Source: Acidobacteriota bacterium
GTDB lineage: Bacteria > Acidobacteriota > UBA890 > WLXD01
Length of the DNA: 64,000 nucleotides
Direction of reading: 5' to 3'
Assembly (NCBI GenBank): GCA_963666055.2
Contig: CAXWPH010000015.1
Location: 1,248,001 to 1,312,000, forward strand
The notes under the pieces were generated by a model, which made no database searches, had not been told where the DNA came from, and saw only the letters and a program-made list of their open reading frames with translations. Below, piece by piece: positions 51,225 through 60,843 of this stretch. Every line of letters starts with the position of its first letter. Within the stretch, counting starts at the first letter, position 1. A program made the position numbers and the translations under genes.

Positions 51225-51548
51225 GTGGTGGCCTTCCTGAAAGACTCAGAAATGAATGCTTGGCGGGCAAGCGGCCAGTCCCTTGCAGACTATTATCTGC
51301 CACTGGTCCAGGCGGAATACCCGGCGCTTACGCCTGACGCAGTTGACGACGTGGTGGTCCGGGGCGGCGATGACCTGGTCATAATATCCACAGGATTGCC
51401 AAGTGCCATGGCCGATTTTGTCCGGGAGCAGGAGAAAGATCGGCGCGGATTGTATTTCACCGGCGAATACCTGGGCCATGCGCACACGGGTGGTGCCTGC
51501 GCCAGCGGCCGTACAGTCGGGCGCAGCATTGCTAAACATTGGGCCTGA
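51225..51548 (+). pseudogene. C-terminal fragment of an FAD-dependent amine oxidase/protoporphyrinogen oxidase-like protein
   Basis: GLYFTGEYL...GACASGR. Confidence 0.6.
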
Positions 51549-51576
51549 CGACCGTGTGACAGTGCGCGCCTTGGGA

Positions 51577-53252
51577 TTAGATCTCGTTGAAGTACCCGTA
51601 GTTCCGAGGCACCAATTCGGTCGCGGCACGATAGCCTTCGTCCATCGCCGCCTGCGCGAGGCTCAGGCCGGCCGCGTCGGAGTTCGCGATGGTGATCCTC
51701 CCGAACGGCTGATGACCCACGACCGTGGGGTGGTTCTCGCCCGTCCACTCGGCGGGATCGAACAGCGCGTTGGTTCCCATCGCGAACCCGTGCGGCCAAC
51801 GATTGATCGTGATGGCCTCGATGTCGCGGGCGGGATCGAAACCGCCGGGCGAGAGGACTCGCGCGAGCTGCTCCCGGATCCGACGCTCGAAGTCCTCGAA
51901 CGAGGTCCCCAACATATGGGTCCGAAGCGCCGCGAGCTGCTCCCGGAGCGGAGTGCCGGGCGCGGGTGGATTGCCGCCGAACAACTCCCGAACCATGGTG
52001 CTGTGGTGCAGAACACCGGACGGGCTCTGCAATCCCACCAGCGCGGGCTTAGCAGGGTCGAGCTCCGGCCGGTATGTGCCGAAGTGCCTCGGTGTACGGA
52101 GATTGAACGTGTTGTAGAACATCCCCGGGCTGTCCACTCCGGTAATGCCCAACCGTTCGAACGACGTCCAGGTCCGAACCAAGACCGTGGTCATCATGTT
52201 CACCGCCCGGTCGGCGAGGAGGAGTGCCTCCCGCTGCTCGTCGGGTAACTCCGGACAGATGTACGGAATCATCGAGTTGTCGCAGGCGAGAATGGTCCCC
52301 TTCGAACGAACCCGGTACAGCCTGCCCGCCCGAACATAGGTAACTTCGGTCTCCCGATCGTCCGTGCGCAGGCGGCCGACGGGTGCCTCGCCCAGATGCT
52401 TGACCTGAACGGCGATGCTGTTCAGCCGGATCCTCACCGGCGTGCTCGGCTCGTCGAGCTTGGAGTAGTCCGCGCGATCCAGGACAACGTCCGCCATTCG
52501 GCCCGCCGGCAGGACGGCCGGAATCAGAGAGCGAACGATGAGTCGCGCGATGTCGGAGTTGCGCGCTCCGACACGGGCGTCCGCACGAGGAAGTCGTGCG
52601 TCGGTTGCGAAAGACCGCCACCCGTGACCAGGCGGTCCTCCCCGAACGTCTCCCGGTCGAAGAACGTCCCTCGCACCATCCCCCGGCTACGGAACGCGCC
52701 TGAATCCACTATGTTTGTGGGCTCGTCGAGCTCGACACCGATATCGCGGAGCATGGCCATGACCGGCGCGGGGTAGGTCATGGCCCGAACCATGTAGGAC
52801 GACCCCCCGTTCGAGATCAGCGTCCCCGCACTTGTCTCGAACTCGTTTCGCTTGGCGTGGCCGCCGAAGTCGTCGTGATTGTCGAGGATCAGGATCCGAG
52901 CTTCCGGACCCGTCATCTGACGATAGAAGTACGCCGCGGCCAGACCGCTGAAGCCACCTCCGACGACGATGGCGTCGTAGCTTTCGTCGACAGTTGCCGC
53001 GCCTTCCCAGTTGGCACCGTCGCGCGTCCTGTGTGCCGCCTCGAAGGACCCCGGATGGGCCCCGCGCATCCCTGTTCGGAGAGGCGGGTAGCTCTCGGCG
53101 TCACCTGGTCTGACCTGAAGCGACGTCGGCGCCGGGGGCCGGGTGATTCCCGGGATCACCATGGCTCCACCCACCACGGCGCCGACCCCCGCAACGAAGT
53201 CCCGACGCTTGATCGGTCGATGCATCCCCAATGCGCGATCGTTGTCGTTCAT
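51577..53252 (-). pseudogene. Spermidine dehydrogenase (SpdH)-like Tat flavoprotein, broken by an internal deletion/frameshift at about 52562
   Basis: KRRDFVAG Tat motif; YPPLRTGMRGAHPGSFE; VGGGFSG; DNHDDFGGHAKRNEF; ITINRWPHG; GRITIANSDA. Confidence 0.82.
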
Positions 53253-53261
53253 CTGCCCTCC

Positions 53262-53996
53262 CTAGTCGAGGACTGCCTGGTGTAGTGCGACGAGCTCCGC
53301 CATGCCCGCTACCTCGAGGTCCGGTGTCGCGCCCTCACCTTCCACCGGCGGCGTGGCGCCCCATCCTTCGGATCCTCTATGGCGATTGATCCACATCGTT
53401 GTCAATCCCAAGGCCTTCGCAGGAACGATGTCGTGGAACAGGCTCTGCGCCGTATGCAGGATCACCTCAGGTCCAGCCCCCAAGGTCCGATGCAGGTCCT
53501 CCAGCATGTATTGGAAGTTCCGCACGTCGGGCTTGTAGGAGCCGACGTCCTGCGCAGTGATGACTCGATCGAACTTGACCCCCAGCCGCGACTCGCTTAG
53601 CGCGAAGGAATCGCGGTCGACGTTGGAGAGGATCACCAGTTTGTAGTGCTCCTGGAGATACGCGAGCGCCTCCGGGCTGTCGGGGAAGGCCGGCCACTTG
53701 CCCACGGACCCTCCGAACTCCGGGACCTGCCCCTCGTCGAGCGGTACGGACCACCGCTCCGCGAGCCGCTCAATCACCGACTCGAGGATCTGGGGATAGA
53801 GCTTCTCTGGCGTCTTCCTCTCGCACGTCGCTTCCTCCTCGGCAAAGGCCACCAACAGCGTGTCGTCATCCAGAGTCAGACCGTGTCGAGTAGCCCACGG
53901 CCTCAGCTCGTTGAGGATTCCCGTCTCCCAGTCAATGAGCGTTCCGTAGCAGTCGAATGTGAGGACCTTGAAGTCGCTCAGCTGTTCGGGACTCAT
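53262..53996 (-). CDS. HAD-superfamily hydrolase, haloacid dehalogenase type II-like
   Basis: TFDCYGTLIDWE, LSNVD, YKP, HTAQSLFHD. Confidence 0.92.
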   Translation of the reverse strand: MSPEQLSDFKVLTFDCYGTLIDWETGILNELRPWATRHGLTLDDDTLLVAFAEEEATCERKTPEKLYPQILESVIERLAERWSVPLDEGQVPEFGGSVGKWPAFPDSPEALAYLQEHYKLVILSNVDRDSFALSESRLGVKFDRVITAQDVGSYKPDVRNFQYMLEDLHRTLGAGPEVILHTAQSLFHDIVPAKALGLTTMWINRHRGSEGWGATPPVEGEGATPDLEVAGMAELVALHQAVLD

Positions 53997-54037
53997 AGGC
54001 TCGCCTCGGTGGATTGACTTTTGTGACGTGCGAGTAA

Positions 54038-54057
54038 GCAGGTTGTATACAACCTGC
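54038..54057. promoter_or_regulatory. Perfect 20-bp palindrome GCAGGTTGTATACAACCTGC (GntR/HutC-type operator candidate)
   Basis: Perfect inverted symmetry with TTGTATACAA core, between divergent genes. Confidence 0.65.
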
Positions 54058-54075
54058 GGGTGGTTTCGTGCCCCG

Positions 54076-54137
54076 TGGACCTTCGCATGTCCTGACGATA
54101 GGCTTCAAGCGCTCATCCACCCTTCTGCGGTAGCGCC
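54076..54137 (+). promoter_or_regulatory. Repeated sigma70-like promoter/leader (TGGACC-N17-TAGGCT...GGTAGCGCCATG)
   Basis: Homologous copies at 57734-57795 and 60781-60843; partial copy at 46592-46631. Confidence 0.55.
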
Positions 54138-55820
54138 ATGGAACCCGGCATCAAACTAGGCCCCTACGAGATCACCGAGCAGCTCGGCGCTGGCGGCATG
54201 GGCGAAGTGTCTCGAGTACGCAATACGACGCTGGATCCTGATGTCACTAGCGAGAGAAGGAGTCGGCTGAATCAAACCGTCAGTCGAACGATTGCCGGCA
54301 TCGCTTGCGTGGCGGTAGTGGCGTGCAGCAGCGGCGGAAATCCCTACGCCGACAAGTTCACCGACGTTGATCCGGCCTGGGCGGTCACTGCCGACGAGGG
54401 CTACGAATGGGCGCTGGTCAAAGATGCCAACCTGCCGGCGATGACCGGTAGCCCGGAGTGGAACAACTACGTCGGGTTCCTGGAGGACAAGCTCCGGGAA
54501 TACGGCGTAGTCGACATGCACCGCAACAGCTGGACGTACGATCGCTGGTCCACGACGAAGGACAACAGTGGCTGGTCGTTGGTGTCAGACGGGGCGCCGG
54601 TACGCGTGGCTCATTACGCCATGAACTCCGGCAGCACCGGCCCGGAGGGGATCACGGCGGAGATGATCTACTACGACCACGATAATCCGCCCGACTCCAT
54701 CGAGGACAAGATCGTGGTGTTTCCGACGCGGCCGCACCCGGAACCTCCCTACGACGACTACTACATCAAGAACTTCACCTTCAACGACTACGAGTGGCGC
54801 GCCAATGACGACACGTACTGGGAATTGTTCCAGTTCGTGCCACCGGAGTTCAGCATCACCTTCGATATCTGGTGGCAGCTGCGGCAGAGTTTATGGCGCA
54901 TCGCAGTAGAGGGAGGCGCAGCGGGTCACGTCACCGTCTACGACATGGCCTTCGGGCGTAGCGAAGGACTGGTGGCCCGACCGATACCTCCTCTGTATGA
55001 GTTGCCGGGACTATCTCTGAGCCGTGAGGACGGGGCCAAGGTGATCGCCGATGCCAAAGCGGGCAAGACCGCCACGCTGCGGCTGGAGGCAACCGTCGAG
55101 GCATCGGAGGCCTACCAGACGATCTCGTACCTGCCGGGTCGCGACTACGGCACCCCGGGGGACGAGCAGATCCTGTTGATCAACCACACAGATGGCCCTT
55201 CGATCACGCAGGACAACGGTGCGCTGGGTCTGCTGGCGATCGTCAAGTACTTCTCCAACATCCCGCAGGAGCACCGGCCGCGAACGCTCACCGTCTTCCT
55301 CGACAACCGGCACTACTATCCGGGGCAGGAGCGCGCGGCGCACGAGGTGAGCTGGCTGGAGCGCTATCCCAAGGCCAAGGACCCCCTGGTGGGCATCATT
55401 CAGACCGAGCACATGGGCGAGAACGACTACCGCGAGGCGGACGGCGTGGTCGAGCCGGTGGGACTGGCCGAGCAGTCGTACCTCTGGTCGCGCAACAATC
55501 AGGTGCTCATCGACGCCGCGGTTGCCGCCGCCCAAGTGCATGGCTGGGAGCGCGTGCAAGTGGTGGTACCCGAGCGGCCGGGAATCAACGGCGGCCTGCA
55601 ACAGGTGTGGTGGGGGGTTGGATCCCGGGCTCTGCGCGGCTGCCCGCAGTGCCTCGATCTGCCCGGCTACGGCCTCGGCGGGTTTCTTGGTCTGTATTGG
55701 ACGACGGCGAGTGGGATCGAGCGCTGGAACAAGGACCTGTTCGAGGATCAGGCGCACACGATGACGCAGCTGACCGGTGTGTTGATGACTGCTGATCTCG
55801 ACGAGATTCGACCCGAATAG
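54138..55820 (+). CDS. PA-domain/M28 peptidase-like lipoprotein preceded in frame by a Ser/Thr kinase N-terminal stub
   Basis: First ~36 aa MEPGIKLGPYEITEQLGAGGMGEV...TTLDPDV; then VVAC lipobox, NHTDG, QDNG, TEHMG. Confidence 0.75.
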   Translation: MEPGIKLGPYEITEQLGAGGMGEVSRVRNTTLDPDVTSERRSRLNQTVSRTIAGIACVAVVACSSGGNPYADKFTDVDPAWAVTADEGYEWALVKDANLPAMTGSPEWNNYVGFLEDKLREYGVVDMHRNSWTYDRWSTTKDNSGWSLVSDGAPVRVAHYAMNSGSTGPEGITAEMIYYDHDNPPDSIEDKIVVFPTRPHPEPPYDDYYIKNFTFNDYEWRANDDTYWELFQFVPPEFSITFDIWWQLRQSLWRIAVEGGAAGHVTVYDMAFGRSEGLVARPIPPLYELPGLSLSREDGAKVIADAKAGKTATLRLEATVEASEAYQTISYLPGRDYGTPGDEQILLINHTDGPSITQDNGALGLLAIVKYFSNIPQEHRPRTLTVFLDNRHYYPGQERAAHEVSWLERYPKAKDPLVGIIQTEHMGENDYREADGVVEPVGLAEQSYLWSRNNQVLIDAAVAAAQVHGWERVQVVVPERPGINGGLQQVWWGVGSRALRGCPQCLDLPGYGLGGFLGLYWTTASGIERWNKDLFEDQAHTMTQLTGVLMTADLDEIRPE

Positions 55821-55943
55821 AGCTGACGCGGCTCCTGCTGCCGGAGCCATAGAGTCCCCGGGGTGATCAGCACCGGCGCGGTTCAGAACTAGGCTGCTCC
55901 GTCCCGCTCAGCTACGAGCGTACCTGAGTCGTTGGCGGCCGAA

Positions 55944-57476
55944 TCAGTGGTCGCCCGGCGTTACTACCTCGCTCATGTACCACTTCACGAATCCGGCCGG
56001 GCCCGTCTCGGCACCCGAGTACCGACCCGAGCGATAGGCATCCGAGCGGATCCCCGCGTGGTTGTTGTCGGTGATCCAGATGTCCTCCTGGATCGTCACG
56101 TGCCACAGAGCCTTGACGTTGTCCGGATCGTAGTCGCGGCCTTCCACGGCATCCGGGTGCACGAGCCAAATAATCTCGCAGTCGGTGCGGTTGACGTCCC
56201 GCGGGGTGAACCGCGCGATAGCAACGTGGTCGTCATAGCACTGCCAGTATCCGGTGGAGTGGGCCGTGGTGGCGTTCTGGGTCTCGTGGTTCCATGCGTC
56301 GATGTTCGGCAACAACGGCGCCACAGGCTTTCCGTCCAGCGAACCGGTCACGAAGCCAGGGTTCAGATGCCCTGAGGTCTCCGGCTTGTACTGCGACCCG
56401 TCCGACCCGGCCATTCCATCCATCCCACCTTGCCGATCGCGGCGGGCCTTCTCCGGCACCCAGGCATGGACCTTGGCCGTTTGCGCCGCCAACTGCTGTG
56501 GCGTGGCCTCGTAATCGTAGTGGTGGGTTGTGGAAAGTGCCTGGTGCGATGGCCCGCAGTGGTAGCATTCCTGGAAGTTCTCCAGCGCCAGCTTCCAGTT
56601 GGCCTTGATGGGGTATTGCTCCCGGGCAGCGATCGTCAGGTCGGCCACGCCATAGCGCTCGGTAAGCGCGCGCATCTGTGCAACCGCCGCGTCAAGCTCC
56701 GGCGGCTCTTGCGCCCGTGAGAGGTTCACGAAGATGCTGCCCTCGACCGTCCCGAGGTGGCAGGGGACCAGCCCGTTGTCGGCCGGGTCGAAGTCGTCCT
56801 GCATGCCGTAGGCGTAGATCAGGTTGCCGTCGGTATCGTACGTCCAGGCATGGTAGGGGCAGCGGAATACCGGCGAGCTACCGCTCTGCCCGAGCTGCTT
56901 GACCGACAGGCGCGGGTCGCCGGGTGTCGGGTCGGCATCGTGCCGGCACAGTCGTGAGCCCCGATGGCGGCAGACATTGTGGAACCCTCTCACCTCGCCG
57001 TCGCTGCTTCGCACGATGATGACGCTCTCAGAACGGCCAAACTCGAACACGAAGTAGTCGCCTGGGTTCGGAATGCGACTTTGGTGGTCGACGTACAGCC
57101 ACAGGTTCTCGGCGATGAATCGCTCGTCGGCGAGATAATGCCTCTCGTCGTTGTAGTACTCGCCCGGGATGGTCGTGCGCTCGCGCCAGCCGCCCGGGTA
57201 GCCGTGGCGCGCAGGCTCACGTCGGCGCCCCGCCTCTTGCTCGATGTCCGGGCCGCCGTAGCCGCCGGGATCGGGTGGCAGGGCGGGACGATGGCTCCGC
57301 CCGTAGTTCGGCAGCGCTGCCGCCTCGGTAGCCTTTCCCTCGGCGGCAACTTCACCACGCAGCGTCCCGGGGAGGGCAACGGCTGCGCCGGCAGCAACCG
57401 AGGTCTTGGCAAAATCACGCCGGTTGACCCTCCGGCCGACCACCCCGTGCTTGTTTTCGCTCCGTTCTTCGCCCAT
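55944..57476 (-). CDS. Rieske non-heme iron oxygenase alpha subunit with Tat signal (paralog of 8873)
   Basis: NRRDFAK; NVCRHRG...CPYHAWTY; ENFQECYHCGPSH; QEDIWIT. Confidence 0.9.
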   Translation of the reverse strand: MGEERSENKHGVVGRRVNRRDFAKTSVAAGAAVALPGTLRGEVAAEGKATEAAALPNYGRSHRPALPPDPGGYGGPDIEQEAGRRREPARHGYPGGWRERTTIPGEYYNDERHYLADERFIAENLWLYVDHQSRIPNPGDYFVFEFGRSESVIIVRSSDGEVRGFHNVCRHRGSRLCRHDADPTPGDPRLSVKQLGQSGSSPVFRCPYHAWTYDTDGNLIYAYGMQDDFDPADNGLVPCHLGTVEGSIFVNLSRAQEPPELDAAVAQMRALTERYGVADLTIAAREQYPIKANWKLALENFQECYHCGPSHQALSTTHHYDYEATPQQLAAQTAKVHAWVPEKARRDRQGGMDGMAGSDGSQYKPETSGHLNPGFVTGSLDGKPVAPLLPNIDAWNHETQNATTAHSTGYWQCYDDHVAIARFTPRDVNRTDCEIIWLVHPDAVEGRDYDPDNVKALWHVTIQEDIWITDNNHAGIRSDAYRSGRYSGAETGPAGFVKWYMSEVVTPGDH

Positions 57477-57795
57477 GCCGTCGCCCCGCGCTGCTTGGCT
57501 AGTCCGTGTTGACGTTGCTCCGATGCCGAGATCCTAGTCTGCTCCGATATTAGGCTCGTTCACGACCGATAGCCACGGGTCACCTGCCGGGTCGGTCTGG
57601 GTCAGGACAACGACCCCCGTTTCAGTTGCCCCGGTAGCGCGCCCGGCGGGCGGGACGGCCGCAGATTGAGCAGGTGGATACCGGAAGCGCCGGAGCCCAC
57701 GGGATCCGACGCTGACCAAGTTGAAGACGCCGTTGGATCTCGCCCGCTCCGGCGATAGGCTTCACCCGCTCACCCACCTCCCTCCTGGTAGCGCC

Positions 57796-57903
57796 ATGGA
57801 ACCCGGCACCAAACTAGGCCCCTACGAGATCACCGAGCAGCTCGGTGCGGGCGGTATGGGTGAGGGTGCCGTGGGTGTCCGCCTGCGTGGGTCGCTCCTG
57901 TAG
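57796..57903 (+). pseudogene. Ser/Thr kinase N-terminal stub
   Basis: MEPGTKLGPYEITEQLGAGGMGE then diverges and stops. Confidence 0.8.
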
Positions 57904-57906
57904 CGC

Positions 57907-59676
57907 CTAGCTCTTCTCGACGAGATTCGTCTTGACCGTCCCGTTTACGCTGGCCTTGCGAAAATACGGTCCCCAGCGCTTGCGAATCTTGTTGACCTTG
58001 TCGATGGATGCCTTCGAGGGTGGCTCTCCCGCACGGCCCATCAGGATGAACGCCATGTTGAACTCCTTCGGCGCCTTCTTGCTTCTGGGAGTCCGCTGCC
58101 CTTCCGCGGCGATGACGTCTCCGACGCCCAGGTCCACGCGGTCTCCCGCGAAGGTGATGCCTATCCTCGGATCATCGACCCGTTGGACCCCCGAGCCGCG
58201 TGCGTCCTTGACGTAGAAGAACTTGCCCACCCGCGTCCGCGGAATGAGCCCCATCAGATAACGGTCCAGAGGGCTGTATCGTTCGGTGGCACCGACCGTC
58301 GTAAAGGTCCCGTTGCCGTTGTCCCCGATGTCGTTGCCCTCCATTACCGAGGCATCCGAATCGAAGAAGAAGCTCCAATGTTGGAAATCGCGACCCAACA
58401 GATCGCTGTTGATGGCGCCGCCCTGGTCGCGGAAACGAACGTAGGCGAGCCAGCGATGGCCTACCTCTTGCCCCAGGAGGTCCATCGTCGAAAAGGTAGT
58501 GAGGGGGCGAATGTTCCGATCCGGATCCTCGGGGTATTTCGTGAGGAACCCCATCTGCACGTAGCTCTCCAATCGACCCTCGCTGCCGTAAGAGCGCGAG
58601 AAATCGAACGGATCCAGGCCGATCCCCTCGACCTGGTTCTTGATGTTGAGCTCGAAGGCGAAGGCGCCGTCCAGGGCGGCCGGGGCCGGGAAGTCGAGCC
58701 AGACGATGAGGTGGTCGTACTCGTCGGCGAAGTGACGAAAGAAGGTCTGAGCGATCCCTAGGTCGTCGATCTGCTCCTCGGCGCTGAAGCGCTCGGCCAG
58801 GGCTCTGTCGCCGGAGTCGACGGGCAGATCGGCGTCGAAGTCGATCAGGGCCAGACCACCCCCGCCGCCGGGTGCGACGCCGACCACCGCATCCACCGCG
58901 TCTACCGACCCGTAGGCGACGAGGATGCGGCCGCTCCTGAACAGCGTCACCTGGACCGTGTTCTCGTTGGTGCTACCGAACTCTGGCACGCTGGACCAGG
59001 TGATCTGCATGCTCGTGGAGGTGGTCCTTAGATAGACACCCCCGGTGGTTGCCTGGCTCGGATCCAGATCGATGAACAGGGGCGCGATGCGCGGCGGGCC
59101 GTTGAGGAACCTTCCGAGGCTACGGGTCATGCTGGCGTTGTCCGCCTCCACGAACGTCAGGTTGCCGTCGGAGTTCAGAAAGACGTGTTCGTACCTCGTG
59201 CCGAAGAACGGGAAGTCGAAGCTCGGAAACTCGATGAGAACGCTGTCGTCGTCTTGGATCTCTACCAGAGATCCGAGGTCGTCCTTGACCGGGACGGTCG
59301 AGCGCACGGCGCGAAGGTTATTCTTGCGCCGCTTGAAATTGATGCCCTGTCCCGACAGGTCGAACTCGCTGGGTTCGCTCACCAGCGTCCCATCGTCCTC
59401 GATCACCGCGACGTCGCCGACCTTGGTGACGGCGGGAAGGCTGCGGCCCGGAACGTCGGGCGCGGCAGCTGCGGAAGCCCGGGCTAGCCGCCGAAGGTGG
59501 TCCCGGTGAAAGGCCTGCCGGACGGTGTGCCCGTGGCGATGGGTGCCGCACCATGTGCGCGGGGCCTTGTGCGTAGCGGACGAGGACCCGGGCTGTGGAC
59601 GTACCTCCGAGGGCGGGAGGAGAACCAGGAGCGCAAGCAGCGGGATGAGCTTAATTCTCTTTTCTGGTTGCGCCAT
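57907..59676 (-). CDS. Secreted protein with NIDO-like domain and metallopeptidase-like domain (QEVGH)
   Basis: Signal peptide; WCGT; FPFFG...SDGNLTF...PRIAPLFIDLDP; QEVGHRW...HWS; YSPLDRYLMG. Confidence 0.8.
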   Translation of the reverse strand: MAQPEKRIKLIPLLALLVLLPPSEVRPQPGSSSATHKAPRTWCGTHRHGHTVRQAFHRDHLRRLARASAAAAPDVPGRSLPAVTKVGDVAVIEDDGTLVSEPSEFDLSGQGINFKRRKNNLRAVRSTVPVKDDLGSLVEIQDDDSVLIEFPSFDFPFFGTRYEHVFLNSDGNLTFVEADNASMTRSLGRFLNGPPRIAPLFIDLDPSQATTGGVYLRTTSTSMQITWSSVPEFGSTNENTVQVTLFRSGRILVAYGSVDAVDAVVGVAPGGGGGLALIDFDADLPVDSGDRALAERFSAEEQIDDLGIAQTFFRHFADEYDHLIVWLDFPAPAALDGAFAFELNIKNQVEGIGLDPFDFSRSYGSEGRLESYVQMGFLTKYPEDPDRNIRPLTTFSTMDLLGQEVGHRWLAYVRFRDQGGAINSDLLGRDFQHWSFFFDSDASVMEGNDIGDNGNGTFTTVGATERYSPLDRYLMGLIPRTRVGKFFYVKDARGSGVQRVDDPRIGITFAGDRVDLGVGDVIAAEGQRTPRSKKAPKEFNMAFILMGRAGEPPSKASIDKVNKIRKRWGPYFRKASVNGTVKTNLVEKS

Positions 59677-60547
59677 GTTTTTCACCTCCGAATGGTCGGT
59701 TCGGTTTTAGGGCATCGAAATCGCAGCAGCTGCATCGAGGAATGACCTGTCGAACGATTCGGACCAGCTGATCGCCCGCCTCTACTCCAAGACAAAGACA
59801 GACCGCGATCACAAGGCGCATGGGAGCCACCGAGAGCCGATAGCGACGCCTTCGATTACCCCGTACCAGCCGGACAGTCAACGGAAGGCCGGGCATCGTC
59901 TCGCCACTTGTACACACCAACCGCCTCTCGGGCGTTCAGATCAAGAAGCCCTGATAGTGGATCAGCAACCCATCAAACCAGCCGCTCGACTCGCTGCTCT
60001 ATGTCCATTGTCCACCTCGGCTATGCGTGCTGATCCTGGGCGCACTGTGTTCCGGGGTTGGGGCAATCACAAGGGGTACGGAATCGTCCCGCCCGTGTCC
60101 GTCTCACAGGCACATGGACGAACGCGACTCCTACGACCGCCCGCTCCGCGACCTCACACCTGATCCTCACGCCGTAGATCGCGTCAAGAGGAACGCCGGG
60201 GTTTGCTAGCGTGTCGCAGTTGGCGCGTGACCTCTGAAAACAGGCACTATCGGTCGGATAGCGAGCCGCTATCGCCACGTAAGGCGCACAGATAGCCGCC
60301 TGGGTGCTTCGGGACGGATCAAAGAATGCAGTCGCTCTACGGGCCGCAGAGCGTTTCTTCGTGAAGGCTCGTGCCTGCAAGAAACCGAGCCGCCGTGTGG
60401 GGAAAGCAGGGGCCTGTCGGAGGGTGATTTACTGGCGATTTGGCGTGGGAGTTTCACGCAGCGAGGGGTGACGTGTGGGTGTGGGGTCACCCATAGAGAG
60501 CTGCGTCCATATCGTGCCATTAAGGGCTTCTGGCGGGTGGCGAAATA

Positions 60548-60712
60548 ATGTTCCACAATCACCCCTCGGGTGATCCGACGCCGAGTCGAGAGGACGTCGG
60601 AATCACCCGGCAGATTCTGCAAGCCGGCGAGTTGCTGGGCATTCGCGTGCTCGATCACCTGGTGGTTGGCGCCGAGGGGTTCGTGAGCTTCAAAGAGCGC
60701 GGGCTCCTCTAG
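60548..60712 (+). pseudogene. radC: RadC/JAB-domain C-terminal fragment
   Basis: [14 protein letters not shown]...[13 protein letters not shown]...SFKERGLL*. Confidence 0.8.
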
Positions 60713-60843
60713 CTGCCGACCGTCGGTGGCGCGCTGCAGCACCCTGCTACGGGCGATTCATGTCACGACGGCACCTTCCGTGGATCCCCAAAGGCTCTGG
60801 CGATAGGCTTCAGGGTGCTCACCCACACCCCGCTGGTAGCGCC

